From positions 126,604,799 through 126,668,798 of the forward strand of contig NC_068982.1 of the NCBI RefSeq assembly GCF_001194135.2: a stretch of DNA of 64,000 nucleotides, written 5' to 3'. This DNA comes from Octopus bimaculoides (lineage: Eukaryota). A program made the translations under genes and the position numbers. How positions within the stretch are numbered: position 1 is the stretch's first letter; each line of letters starts with the position of its first letter. The notes under the pieces were generated by a model. The model was given only the letters and a program-made list of their open reading frames with translations, was not told the DNA's origin and made no database searches. Positions 1 through 12,540 of this stretch are shown here, one piece after another.

Positions 1-107
1 TGTTAAAGTAAGGAGTTCCTTGATTGGATTGTTTCTTGTATATTACAAGTATTTGAAATAAAATCAGGGAGTTATGAATTGAACTAAGAACAATGATGAT
101 GATGATG

Positions 108-540
108 ATCATTTAATGTCTGCTTTTCATGCTAGCATGGGTTGGACGATTTGACTGAGGACCGATGAACCAGATGGCTGCACCAGACTCCAATCTGATC
201 TGGCAGAGTTTCTACATCTGGATACCCTTCCTAACGCCAACCACTCCAAGAGTGTAGTGGGTGCTTTTTATGTGCCACAGGCATGAGGGCCAGTCTGACA
301 GTACTTGCAACGGCCACGCTCAAATGGTGTTTTTTACATGCCACCTGGATAGGAGTCAGTCCAATGTTTTGTTCACATGCCACCGGCACGAGTGCCAGTA
401 AGGCAAAGCTGGAAATGATCGCGCTCAAATGTTGGTTTTTACGTGCCACCGGCACGGAAGCGAGACCGCTGCTCTGGCAGTGATCCCACTCAGATGGTGC
501 TGTTAGCGCTCCACTGGCACGGGAGCTAGTCATCGAATTT
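108..540 (-). mobile_element. Family A: 3'UTR/3' end of RTE LINE (truncated)
   Basis: Matches the 3' end shared with the ORF2-bearing copies at 16686-17745, 23650-25100 and 34083-34955 (..cttcctaacgccaaccactc..gtgtagtgggtgc..). Confidence 0.85.
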
Positions 541-593
541 GGCAAACCAAATTTGAATGATATACAGAATTAATAATTTAAAATTTCTAAGCC

Positions 594-860
594 AGATCAT
601 TTAATGTCTGTTTTCCATGCTGACATGACTTGGATGGTTTCACTGGAGCTGGTAAGGCTAGGGTCCACACCAGGCTCCACTGTCTGTTCTGGCATGGTTT
701 GTATGGTTGGATGCACTTCCTAATGCTAACCACTTCATTGAGTGTACTAAGTGCATTTTATGTGGCACCAGCTCCAGTGCTTTTAATATGGCACCAGTAC
801 AAGTGCTTTTTATATGACACCAGTATCGATATCAATTCTGCAGTGGTAGACAGGCCCTTT
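594..860 (-). mobile_element. Family A RTE 3' end, diverged
   Basis: Same terminal motif catttaatgtctgttttccatgct..ctggtaag..ggatgcacttcctaatgctaaccact. Confidence 0.75.
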
Positions 861-1379
861 TGAGTACTACAATGCACCAGACAAAATTTTCCTCAAATCA
901 ATCTCTTAGAAAAAAAAACTTTATCATTTTAACTTTTCATTACTATATATGTGTAAAAGTACACATTTCTTTCAATTAATTTTGAAAGTAATAAAGAATT
1001 TATAAAGTTTGTCCATTTTTAGGAATATTCTAGTTTAGAAAACTTCAAAACAGAAAGTTTGCATCACAGAACCAGAAGTGGTCTCAAATGGGTTATCATG
1101 AAAAAGGTTTAAAAGGTTTATAGAAAAAGAAAAGCTAAAAGCACATTGCCTTAAGTTCCATAAAAGTTAGAATCATTTACAATTATATCTCTAGTTCTAG
1201 AAAATGAATAAATGTCAACTTACACATGTTACAAATAAAACAAAATACAACAAAAATGGTGTTTGAAGAAAAAGAAAATCACAAAGCTATTATTTTAAAA
1301 ATAATGGCTGCAGTTATATATTAACGAAACTGGTTTAGGTGACTGTAATTTTATTTCACTATCCACAAACATCACTAAC

Positions 1380-1426
1380 TATAAAGAAGGATGACTGGTT
1401 TCTGGTATCTTTAAGCATTCAAAAAC
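1380..1426 (-). CDS. Candidate internal exon (VFECLKIPETSHPSL), unidentified host gene
   Basis: Acceptor tttgtatctttacag, donor gttagt, open frame; short, so could be chance. Confidence 0.25.
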
Positions 1427-1712
1427 CTGTAAAGATACAAACATTCAAAGTTCCTCAATCAATCAATCAATTCAAAAAGGTTAAGGAAAGAATAAAAAAA
1501 ATTAAAAGAAAAACAATTGAAAACAAATAGAAACTTCAAGCGGAAACCTGTAATTTTACAACAAATTACATTAAAGAGGTTTCTGATCAAAATAACTAAA
1601 CGTACAATGTTAATGTGTTTTAAACAACACAGCATGATCATTCTGAATGTAAAGGTTTGAGCAAGAGATAAGCTGTAGTTAATCAATTATATTAAGGAAA
1701 GGCTTTGCAATA

Positions 1713-1856
1713 TATGTGTGTATGTGTGTATGTGTGTATGTATGTATGTATGTATGTATGTATATATGTATGTGTTTATATATATATTGATAGATAGATA
1801 CACTATACATATATAAATGCATTGTTTTATAAATATATACATACAAACGTACATAC

Positions 1857-1927
<71 letters not shown>

Positions 1928-1975
1928 CAAATGAAAAAAAACATATCTTCATCTGTCTGTCTCTGTCTCTGTCTG

Positions 1976-2029
<54 letters not shown>

Positions 2030-2039
2030 NNNNNNNNNN

Positions 2040-2095
<56 letters not shown>
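1713..2095. repeat. Compound (TG/TA/TATG/CT)n microsatellite with small gap
   Basis: Directly visible. Confidence 0.95.
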
Positions 2096-2097
<2 letters not shown>

Positions 2098-2298
2098 CAC
2101 ATAAAAGGCACCTGTGCTGGTGACATGTAAAAAGCACCCACTACGTTCTTGGAGTGGTTGGTGGTAGGAAGGGCATCCAGCTGTAGAAACTATGCCAAAT
2201 CAGACTGGAACCTGGTGCAGCCATCTGGTTCGCCAGTCCTCAGTCAAACTGTCTAACCCATGCCAGCACAGAAAATGGATACTAGATGATGATGATGA
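2095..2298 (+). mobile_element. Family A RTE 3' end
   Basis: ggtgacatgtaaaaagcacccactac..gaagggcatccagctgtagaaac..(gat)n tail. Confidence 0.85.
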
Positions 2299-2409
2299 GA
2301 TATATAAATATAGATATCTATTTTATATATGTGTATATATGTATATCTATATATATATATGTGTGTGTGTGTGTATGTATGTATATATATATATGTGTGT
2401 ACATATGTA

Positions 2410-2702
2410 ACTGACATCCAGCTTTAGAAACTATGCCAGAACAGAACATAGCCATGGTTGATGCCAGTGTCACATGACTGGCGCCTGTAATGGTGGCACC
2501 CATGCCAGTGACATTTAAAAAGCACCTGTTACACTCTTGGAATGGTTGGCATTAAGAAGGGCATCCAGCTATAGAAATCATGCCAAATCAGACTTGAACT
2601 TGGTGCAACTCTCTGGCTTACATGTTCCAGTCAAACCGTCTAACCCATGCCAACATGGAAAGTGGACATTAAATGGTGATGATGATGATGATGATGATGA
2701 TA
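2410..2702 (+). mobile_element. Family A RTE 3' end
   Basis: Same motifs, ends ggacattaaatg(gat)n. Confidence 0.85.
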
Positions 2703-2707
2703 AATAA

Positions 2708-2744
<37 letters not shown>

Positions 2745-3851
2745 NNNNNNNNNNNNNNNNNNNNNNNNNNNNNNNNNNNNNNNNNNNNNNNNNNNNNNNN
2801 NNNNNNNNNNNNNNNNNNNNNNNNNNNNNNNNNNNNNNNNNNNNNNNNNNNNNNNNNNNNNNNNNNNNNNNNNNNNNNNNNNNNNNNNNNNNNNNNNNNN
2901 NNNNNNNNNNNNNNNNNNNNNNNNNNNNNNNNNNNNNNNNNNNNNNNNNNNNNNNNNNNNNNNNNNNNNNNNNNNNNNNNNNNNNNNNNNNNNNNNNNNN
3001 NNNNNNNNNNNNNNNNNNNNNNNNNNNNNNNNNNNNNNNNNNNNNNNNNNNNNNNNNNNNNNNNNNNNNNNNNNNNNNNNNNNNNNNNNNNNNNNNNNNN
3101 NNNNNNNNNNNNNNNNNNNNNNNNNNNNNNNNNNNNNNNNNNNNNNNNNNNNNNNNNNNNNNNNNNNNNNNNNNNNNNNNNNNNNNNNNNNNNNNNNNNN
3201 NNNNNNNNNNNNNNNNNNNNNNNNNNNNNNNNNNNNNNNNNNNNNATATATATATATATATGCATTTGCCTTTATCAGATAATTTAGTTTGGAGTGAATA
3301 CACTATTGTTAAGTTAATGTTAAAATATTTAATGCAGGGAGAATTAAAAGACTTCCTGGGCAAAGGTGAATGTCAAATTCTATATATGATACTGAAACAC
3401 TGTAAGATACAAAAGATAAAGTGTGTTTTGTTGAGACAGGATAAAATCCAGGTCAGTTTCTTATTTAACTAATAAAAACTGAAATATTGAAACGAATGAA
3501 AATATTTGCTGTTCTTTTCTAGCCTCTGGTCACCCCTCATCAAGTGGATTTATAGTCAAAGGCATTCCAGTCATGACTATCCTGTCTTTATTCTATATGC
3601 AGGAAACAAAGGATATGTTTGTTAAATTTTGGACTTATCCTTAAACCCAAAATTAATTTTGAATCTTTGTCTAATGATGAAAACATTATTTTAATTAGGT
3701 ATCCATGATAGCTCATTATTCCTGCTTGTAAATTTCCTCTAATTACTCATTATTTTCGTTTTGGGATTTGATTTGCAAGATTCTTTATGTGAGTCGTGTG
3801 TTGAAGCATTTTTTGGTGTGTCTGGGGAGAATCATTCTCTTTTAGTGCCTT

Positions 3852-4039
3852 ATTATTTAACACACTCACTGGTAAAGTTGCCACTCATTTACTTATTCAT
3901 TTTTCCTAAAATTTCCATCGCGTCTTGCAGCCTTTTCAATAGTTGTTGACTCTGTCCATTATCCGAGCTGCAACAAAAATTTTAGATATAATAAATGAGT
4001 AAATGAGTGGAAACTTTACCGGTGAGTGTGCTAAATAAT
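3852..4039. mobile_element. MITE with ~48-bp terminal inverted repeats
   Basis: attatttaacacactcactggtaaagttgccactcattta.. (3852-3900) is the reverse complement of ..aaatgagtggaaactttaccggtgagtgtgctaaataat (3991-4039). Confidence 0.7.
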
Positions 4040-4149
4040 CAGGCACTAAAAGAGAATGACTCTCTTTAGACACAACTCATTATCTAGTTTTTCTACAAGA
4101 CTTGTCATTGGCATTAACTTGTATTCAAGTTGTAGATCTGTAGCTTGTG

Positions 4150-4412
4150 GTTGAGCGTCTTCATCTTGATGGGTGTGAAAGGTGCTTGTGCCTGAGGTGG
4201 ATGTTCAGACCAAGAGCAATATAGAGCTGGGGACATTTATCGCAGGGGAGAATTGGTGGTGGATGAGGATGTGTGAATTTCTCTTTGTGTCTTTGACATT
4301 TGATCTCTGCCTCTCGACATCTGTTATTTTCCATCCAGTTTGTTATCTTGTTGATGACATGCTACCACTTTGGGCAGTCTTTGGCAATTGTCTCCCAAAT
4401 ATTTGGGTCAAT
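4150..4412 (-). mobile_element. Second RTE/BovB-like LINE family, ORF2 C-terminus with C2H2-like finger (decayed)
   Basis: My translation: SIDPNIWETIAKDCPKW*HVINKITNWMENNRCREAEIKCQRHKEK..LPCDKCPQLYIALGLNIHLRHKH, resembling RTE ORF2 ends (W..LA.DR..W / C..C..R.GL..H.R.H). Confidence 0.75.
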
Positions 4413-4988
4413 GGAGCAGTGAAAGTGTATAGCTTTGAGCTGGCCTTGGAAACAGAATTTAGCGGCTCTACTAGACTAACTAGTGGAATAATGAAAACAA
4501 AGACATCATAACTATATTGGATGTGCAAAGAGAACTGCTTGTTATTTCCTCAGTTCAAAATTTTCTAGGGCTGACATGTTACAATAATGGTCAATAATAT
4601 ATATGGTACTTCTCAGGTGGTAAACTGGCAGAATCATTAGCACACCAGATAAAATGCTAAGTGGCATTTCTCCTGTCTTTATGTTCTGAGTTCAAACTCA
4701 GCTGAGGCCAACTTTGCCTTTCACCCTTTCAAGATCCATAAAATGTCTGGTGTGCTAATGATTCTGCTAGTTTGCCACCTGATAAGTACCATATATATTA
4801 TTGACCGTTATTGTAACATGTCAACCCTAGAAAATTTTGAACTGAGGAAATAATAAGCAGTTCTCTTTGCACATCCAATATAGTTATGATGTCTTTGTTT
4901 GCATTTATTCCACTAATTAGTCTAGTAAAGACCCTAAATTCTGTTTCCAAGGCCAGCTCAGAGCTATACTCCTCCACTGCTCCATTGA
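4408..4988. repeat. Local inverted duplication: arms 4408-4650 and 4745-4988
   Basis: ~243-bp arms, roughly 90-95% identical by eye; the second arm interrupts a family C SINE. Confidence 0.9.
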
Positions 4989-5055
4989 GCACTGGGGTCG
5001 ATGTAATTGACTTACTCCCTTCCCTTAAATTGCTGGCCTTGTGCCAAAATTTGAA
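4612..5055 (+). mobile_element. Family C SINE interrupted by the inverted duplication
   Basis: Head 4612-4745 (ctggcagaatcattagcac..gagttcaaa..ctttgcctttcaccc); tail resumes at ~4986 (gagcactggggtcgat..ggccttgtgccaaaatttgaa). Confidence 0.75.
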
Positions 5056-5723
5056 ATCAATATATAAGGTACTCAATGAACTAATATTTATGTTCATTGG
5101 TTTATTTGAAGTTGATATTTCAATCCATCATTAAATTATAATTAATTGGAATATTTGTTTGTTTCACTATTTTTTTTGTAATTTCGTGCTAATTATTTTT
5201 GATTTTTTTAAAAAGAATACTTTTAGTTTTTAACTTTTGTGTTTCTCTCATAAACAAATATGGCTTTCTCTCACCAACTACATAGTTATCTTAATTTCAT
5301 GAATGCTTCCATATCAAATAAAAATGATATTTTAATAAATTTCATTGTCATCCTTCATTAATATTATAATTCATAATAGCTTTATGAATTATTTGATTGA
5401 GAATTTTCACTTTGTTGGTTAACATGTATTTCTGATGCTTAGCTAAACATCAACCCAAATTCTTGTCACTGAAATCCTACAAAAAAAAAAAAAAAAAAAA
5501 AAAAAAAATAATAATAATAATAATAATGATGCATGACATTTGTCAAATCAGAAAACTTTATTCTTTGTAGCATAACTGTTTTACAGTGAATAAGTATGTC
5601 AATTCAGAAAAAATTATTAAATCACTGACATTAAATTGTAACATTTGACAAAGCTATGTAAGGTTTCAATGTTAGGCTTTACCAAATCGTTATTTAGATT
5701 CAGATTAATTTCACTTAACTCAG

Positions 5724-5966
5724 GGGTGGAAAACCCTCACCCGTGAGTGCAATTGTGCCTGTGAGCACATTCTATTGTGCTTGTAGGCTGATATATTCAT
5801 ATGTATAAAATATAATAAATTTTTCAATTTTAAAATTTATACAATATTCGTATTCCTATTTGTGACACAGGTCACATTTCCACTATGACTTAAAATAGTT
5901 AGGCTTGAACAGAAATTGTCTGGTAAATGCTATTTGAATGGAAATTGCTAGGTTTGTACCACTCTC
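5724..5966. mobile_element. Probable hAT/Charlie-like MITE
   Basis: Starts caggggtggaaaac, ends gtttgtaccactctct; imperfect CAGGGG-type termini. Confidence 0.4.
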
Positions 5967-6121
5967 TTGAGACCCAATTACACCCTAGCAGAAAAATATA
6001 GAATACTGTATAAGTAATATAAACATCCTAAATTCAGTGGCAGCATTAATGAAGATGTTACGCGTTAATTCAATGTGTTAAACTTATCTTTATTAATGTA
6101 TGTCGAATTCTACATAGATAT

Positions 6122-6410
6122 ACTCTTTTACTCTTTTACTTGCTTCAGTCATTTGACTGTGGCCATGCTGGAGCACCGCCTTTAGTTGAACAAATCGACC
6201 CTAGGACTTATNNNNNNNNNNCCTTTAGTTGAACAAATCGACCCTAGGACTTATTCTGTGTAAGCCTAGTACTTATTCTATCGGTCTCTTTTGCCAAACC
6301 GCTAAGTTATGGAGGCGTAAACACACCAGCATCAGTTGTCAAGTGATGTTGTGGGGGACAAACACAGACTCACAAACATACACACACACATACATATACA
6401 TATATATATA
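6122..6410 (-). mobile_element. Family B SINE, 3' half
   Basis: tactcttttac..ttcagtcatttgactgtggccatgctggagcaccgcc; matches 52478-52883. Confidence 0.9.
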
Positions 6411-6411
6411 C

Positions 6412-6560
6412 GGAAAGTTCAAAATCTTTCCCTTTTATAAATGTACACGGGACAATCCACAATACCGAAAGGCAATGGAACTACTCTTCATAAAAAAATT
6501 TTCCCCAAAGTTAAATGTTTGAAAGAGAAAAAAGAAAAACAAGGAATACATTTTGTATGT
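6412..6560 (+). mobile_element. Penelope-like element: GIY-YIG endonuclease C-terminal end and 3' flank
   Basis: ORF end KFKIFPFYKCTRDNPQYRKAMELLFIKKFSPKLNV* fits the PLE C-terminal pattern F.I.PF.K...R...E..FI.K..P.LN. Confidence 0.65.
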
Positions 6561-7347
6561 ATATATATATGTTTGATATGATATATATATAGTTATTTTT
6601 ACTAAATTGATTTTACTAATTCAATTTTTCAAATTTACAAAGATTATACTAATATACTCTCATGTAGAACTACACCTTACAAAAAATAAATAAATAAATG
6701 AATGTATGACAGGAATNNNNNNNNNNNNNNNNNNNNNNNNNNNNNNNNNNNNNNNNNNNNNNNNNNNNNNNNNNNNNNNNNNNNNNNNNNNNNNNNNNNN
6801 NNNNNNNNNNNNNNNNNNNNNNNNNNNNNNNNNNNNNNNNNNNNNNNNNNNNNNNNNNNNNNNNNNNNNNNNNNNNNNNNNNNNNNNNNNNNNNNNNNNN
6901 NNNNNNNNNNNNNNNNNNNNNNNNNNNNNNNNNNNNNNNNNNNNNNNNNNNNNNNNNNNNNNNNNNNNNNNNNNNNNNNNNNNNNNNNNNNNNNNNNNNN
7001 NNNNNNNNNNNNNNNNNNNNNNNNNNNNNNNNNNNNNNNNNNNNNNNNNNNNNNNNNNNNNNNNNNNNNNNNNNNNNNNNNNNNNNNNNNNNNNNNNNNN
7101 NNNNNNNNNNNNNNNNNNNNNNNNNNNNNNNNNNNNNNNNNNNNNNNNNNNNNNNNNNNNNNNNNNNNNNNNNNNNNNNNNNNNNNNNNNNNNNNNNNNN
7201 NNNNNNNNNNNNNNNNNNNNNNNNNNNNNNNNNNNNNNNNNNNNNNNNNNNNNNNNNNNNNNNNNNNNNNNNNNNNNNNNNNNNNNNNNNNNNNNNNNNN
7301 NNNNNNNNNNNNNNNNNNNNNNNNNNNNNNNNNNNNNNNNNNNNNNN

Positions 7348-7525
7348 TATATATGCATATATACGACGGGCTTCTTTCAGTTTCCGTCTACTAAATCCAC
7401 TCACAAGGCTTTGGTCGGCCCGAGGCTATAGTAGAAGACACTTGCCCTAGGTGCCACACAGTGGGACTGAACTTGGAACTATGTGGTTGGTAAGCAAGCT
7501 ACTTACCACACAGCCACTCCTACGC
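7348..7525 (-). mobile_element. Family B SINE, 5' tRNA-like half
   Basis: gacgggcttctttcagtttccgtc..gtgggactgaac..gtaagcaagctacttaccacacagccactcc. Confidence 0.9.
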
Positions 7526-7638
7526 CTCCTCACAGCCACTCCACACAAGATTTACACAGATATAAGAGTTAGAACTTGTGGTCTACCCGTTGACTGTTTT
7601 TGGAAAGTTTTGCCTGCTGCACTAAAAAGTTTCCTCAC

Positions 7639-7728
7639 CTCTGACTTCACTAGATCTGTAATCATTTGGTGGACTTGGGCTATTGCAGCCATTTGATCCT
7701 GGCAACCAGTTTCTTCATCCATTTTTAC
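7639..7728 (-). CDS. Candidate exon (VKMDEETGCQDQMAAIAQVHQMITDLVKSE)
   Basis: 90 nt, AG/GT flanks (donor gag|gtgagg), open non-repetitive frame. Confidence 0.3.
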
Positions 7729-7821
7729 CTATTTCCAGTACAATAGAGTTCTTGGTTTGTGGGTGGGGGGATAGGGTTGATCTGCCTCTTCTGTCTAAAT
7801 CATAAATAAGTAAATAAATTC

Positions 7822-8010
7822 TTTTACTTGTTTACTTGTTTATTGGACTGTGGCCATGCTGGGGTACCACCTTGAAGGACTTAGGCAATCAAATCAATCT
7901 AAGAACTTACTTTTTAAAAGTCTGGTGCTTATTTTCATTGAACTTCTGGAGACCAACATGGATTGACAGGCTGTGAGGAGCAAAGACAAATGCAAAAACA
8001 CACACACGCA
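7822..8010 (-). mobile_element. Family B SINE 3' fragment, diverged
   Basis: ttttacttg..gactgtggccatgctggggtaccacc. Confidence 0.7.
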
Positions 8011-8089
8011 CGCATACAATTGCACATGCACATAGATATGCACATAGATATGCACATATGCACACACATATATCAATGTTGTCATCGTC

Positions 8090-8450
8090 GTCACAATCAA
8101 CATCATCAGCAGCAGTATCATCATTGTCATCATCATCATCGCCACCATCACCACCACCGCCACCACCTCCACCACCACCACCACCACCACCACCACCACC
8201 ACCACCACCACCATCGTCATCGTCATCATCATCATCATCATCATCATCATTATTATTTAACAGTCCATCTGCCATGCTGGCACAGGTTAGATGGTTTGAC
8301 AGGTTCCGATGAGTCAGAGGACTGTGCCATACTTCAGTCTTCTGCTTTATCATGGTTTCTACAGCTGGATGTCTTTCCTAATGCTAACCACTCTACAGAG
8401 TGTACAGGGTACTTTTTCTCATGGCACCAACACAAGACAACCAGCCATGT
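8090..8450 (-). mobile_element. Family A RTE 3' end with expanded (CAT/CAC)n tail
   Basis: Trinucleotide tract 8090-8252 abuts tttaacagtccatctgccatgctgg..ctggatgtctttcctaatgctaaccact. Confidence 0.75.
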
Positions 8451-9146
8451 ACAACTACTTTTGCTCTAAGCAAGTTGGCTTGCTGGGCTGGCCTGCAGTT
8501 TTCCCGCTGCTGACTTGACTGTTGGGAAACAAAGTTTAGAACAATATGAAAAAAGGGATTGGAACAGATGTATTATTTGGGGGAGATATAGCTGCTATTT
8601 TGAAGGCTTCAGAGTTATAAATGCTAGTGTATAATATACGATATATAACAGATTGTAAACACAGTGAGAGACACAAAAATAAACCAATATGCCAGCTGAG
8701 CACAGACATTATACTGCATGATTAACAAAACTGGTCAACGAGGATGCCTCTATGTGGTAAACTAATTTGTTAGAAATAGCAACCAAATATTCCCCAAATC
8801 ACATCCCCACCATCTTAAATAAGCATAAAGGAAATGTGTATCTAGGATGATATGATATCATCCTGGATACATTATAACTTTCATTGTAGGTCTGCTCACT
8901 CAGAGGTGGCCTGGGGCTAAAACAAGCTCAACAACAATAACAACAATAACACTGGATAAGACCTGGTAGTCGTGTAACTGTTTGAAAAATCCAGTGGGAT
9001 GAGATTGTCCAGTTAGATATGTTAAAATGTCATGAAAGATGAAATATTTTACCTGTGTCTACCAAAAAGCAAGAGTTGTAATATATTATGCCAAGAATAT
9101 TGATTCAGAAATTGACTGTAACTCAGAGAACAGCTCAGACAGAGAA

Positions 9147-9247
9147 TGTATGTATGTATGTATGTATATATGTATGTATGTATGTACATTCATATGTATG
9201 TGCTTGTGTGTATATATACATACATACATACATATATATATATATAA

Positions 9248-9330
<83 letters not shown>

Positions 9331-9682
9331 NNNNNNNNNNNNNNNNNNNNNNNNNNNNNNNNNNNNNNNNNNNNNNNNNNNNNNNNNNNNNNNNNNNNNN
9401 NNNNNNNNNNNNNNNNNNNNNNNNNNNNNNNNNNNNNNNNNNNNNNNNNNNNNNNNNNNNNNNNNNNNNNNNNNNNNNNNNNNNNNNNNNNNNNNNNNNN
9501 NNNNNNNNNNNNNNNNNNNNNNNNNNNNNNNNNNNNNNNNNNNNNNNNNNNNNNNNNNNNNNNNNNNNNNNNNNNNNNNNNNNNNNNNNNNNNNNNNNNN
9601 NNNNNNNNNNNNNNNNNNNNNNNNNNNNNNNNNNNNNNNNNNNNNNNNNNNNNNNNNNNNNNNNNNNNNNNNNNNNNNNNTA

Positions 9683-9771
<89 letters not shown>

Positions 9772-10119
9772 ATATATGCACAATTTATTCATTCTGTTCA
9801 AGTATGGATTAGGTATACAGAGAGAACGTTCCTCTAAGCAAGCATAATATTTGCAAGTAAACACAGAATAATAATAAATGTGCCTACATATACACACATC
9901 TACACACACATACACACACACGCATACACACACATACACACACACGCATACACACACACACATACACACATCTACACATCTAGACACACATACACACAAC
10001 TACACATCTACACACACACTCATGTATGTATGTATCATCATCATTTAATGTCTGCTTTATATATATATATATATATATATATATGCATATATATGCATAT
10101 CTATATATATACATGCATG

Positions 10120-10151
<32 letters not shown>

Positions 10152-10620
10152 CGTATTTATGTATGTATATATATGTGTATGTATGATACATACACACACA
10201 TATATATATGTATATATATATGCATATATGTACATATATATGTATATATATACATACATATATATGTAGATGTGTATATATATATCATTTGTGAGTGTAT
10301 GTGCATGTGTGTGTGCATGCATGTGTGCATGTGTATACGTGTGTGTGCATGCATGAGCATGTTAGTGTACATACACATATATTACATTGACAGGTAGTCA
10401 GTAACAGATCTCCTCACACACATACACAAACACACACACACACATACACATATATCTATATGTGCATTCACAAGTGTNNNNNNNNNNNNNNNNNNNNNNN
10501 NNNNNNNNNNNNNNNNNNNNNNNNNNNNNNNNNNNNNNNNNNNNNNNNNNNNNNNNNNNNNNNNNNNNNNNNNNNNNNNNNNNNNNNNNNNNNNNNNNNN
10601 NNNNNNNNNNNNNNNNNNNN

Positions 10621-10662
<42 letters not shown>

Positions 10663-10920
10663 TCACACACACACACACATATATATATATACATACATAT
10701 ATATGTAGATGTGTATATATATATCATTTGTGAGTGTATGTGCATGTGTGTGTGCATGCATGTGTGCATGTGTATACGTGTGTGTGCATGCATGAGCATG
10801 TTAGTGTACATACACATATATTACATTGACAGGTAGTCAGTAACAGATCTCCTCACACACATACACAAACACACACACACACATACACATATATCTATAT
10901 GTGCATTCACAAGTGTTTGA
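9147..10920. repeat. Microsatellite-rich tract with two gaps; 10240-10477 repeated at ~10680-10915
   Basis: (TATG/CA/TA)n directly visible; exact repeat flanks a gap. Confidence 0.9.
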
Positions 10921-11039
10921 GGACACATACATATTCATAACAAGAAACATTACAATCCATTTTTCTTAATCAACAGTATGCCAGGCAGTTTTAACTCTGT
11001 CCTTCATATAACAGATGATATTAGAGAAAGTTCATTTAC

Positions 11040-11105
11040 AAATGCTCAGAGTCTGTACAACCCCAGTCTCAAAGTCAACCAATTCTATGTTGTCAGATCC
11101 ACTAA
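11040..11105 (-). CDS. Candidate exon (xSGSDNIELVDFETGVVQTLSI), WD40-like
   Basis: 66 nt, acceptor ttttcatttatgacag, donor gtaaat, phase 1-1; resembles the SGS.D..I.L.D.ETG WD motif. Confidence 0.35.
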
Positions 11106-11224
11106 CTGTCATAAATGAAAACACATGGCTTAATGGTTAGGGTATTTGACTCTTGGTTGTAAATTCATGTGTTTGATTTCCAACAGTGCATTATGTCCTT
11201 AAGTGAAACACTCTAGTTCATGTT

Positions 11225-11828
11225 AGCCTATTTAAAAGTACCCTTGAATCATTGGGTGATACGCTGCGCTTGAGAAGACCTATTGAGTCAAGTAGAATCA
11301 AAATGGAAATCGTAGTTGTGGACGACGCTAGTGCCACCTGATTGGCACCCATGCCGGTGGCACGTAATAAGCACTATTCAAGCGTAAGTCAATACCAGTG
11401 CTGCCTGACTGACTCCCCATGTCAGTGGCATGTAAAAAGCACCATCTGAACGTGGTCGATGCCAGTGCCACTGGACTGGCTCCTATGCCATTGACACATA
11501 AAAAATACCATCTGAATGTGGTCAATGCCAGTTTGGTTCCTGTTCTGGTGGCGAGTAAAAAACATTATCCGAACGTGGTCGATGCCAGTGGTGCCTGACT
11601 GGCTCCTATACTGGTGGCACGTAAAAGGCACCTACTACACTCTCGGAGTGGTTGACGTTAGTAAGGGCATCCAGCTGTAGAAACCTTGCCAGATCAGATT
11701 GGAGCCTGGAGCAGCCTTCTGGCTTGCCAGTCCTCAGTCAAACCATCCAACCCATGCCAACATGGAAAACGGACATTAAACGACGACAATGATGATGGTG
11801 ATGATAATAATGATGATGATGATGATGA
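11225..11828 (+). mobile_element. Family A RTE 3'UTR with ~5 tandem ~60-65-bp units
   Basis: Repeated gtggcacgtaaaaagcaccat..cgtggtcgatgccagt; (gac/gat)n tail. Confidence 0.9.
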
Positions 11829-11849
11829 TACTCCAGTTCGCTCAACTGA

Positions 11850-12045
11850 CAAAAATGAGTAGTACCTGTATTTCAAAGGGCCAGCCTTGTTACATCCTGT
11901 GTCACGCTGAATCTCCCTGAGAACTCCATTAAGGGTATGTGTGTCAGGGGAATGCTCAGTCCCTTGCACATTGATTTCATGAACAGGTTGTTCCATTGAT
12001 TGAATCAACACAAACCCTCATTGTCATAAACGATGGAATGCCAGT
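11850..12045 (+). mobile_element. Family E SINE, 3' part
   Basis: tcaaagggccagccttgt..gtcacgctgaatctccctgagaac, as in 18679-19057. Confidence 0.8.
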
Positions 12046-12142
12046 TAATTGTCATGGTTCAGTAGATGAAGAAATCTGATGTTTCAGTCTAAGAACCACA
12101 TCTTTTGTGATTTTGTTATGTATGTTACAGTTTTCGTCTTTT

Positions 12143-12540
12143 ATCTTTTACTTGTTTTACTCATAGGACTGTGGCCATGCTGGAGCACTGCTTTGGCAGG
12201 TTTTAGCTGAAAAAATCAATCCCAATACTTACAAGTTTTCTTAAGTCTGGTACTTATTTTATCAGTCTCTTTTGTTGAACTACTAAGTTATAGGGATGTA
12301 AGCAAATCAACATTGATTGTCAAATGGTGGGGGCAGGAGTGACAAACATAGACACGAAGGCACAAACACATGTTAACATATAACACACACCCATCCGTAT
12401 GCACACATGCATGCATGTACACACACACGCATGTGTGCACATGCACATACAGATATGTATAACAAGCTTTTGTGCAATTTCCATCAATCAAATTCAATTG
12501 GTCAGCTCAGTGCTATGGTAGAAAATACTTGCCCAAGATG
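12143..12540 (-). mobile_element. Family B SINE, diverged
   Basis: Tail, internal CA-rich tract and head remnants are collinear with 52478-52883. Confidence 0.75.

Noticed and set aside
10240-10915. Exact ~240-bp direct duplication
   Set aside because: Identical copies flank an N-gap, a typical unmerged contig overlap; the same pattern occurs at ~6180-6250 and ~33026-33080.
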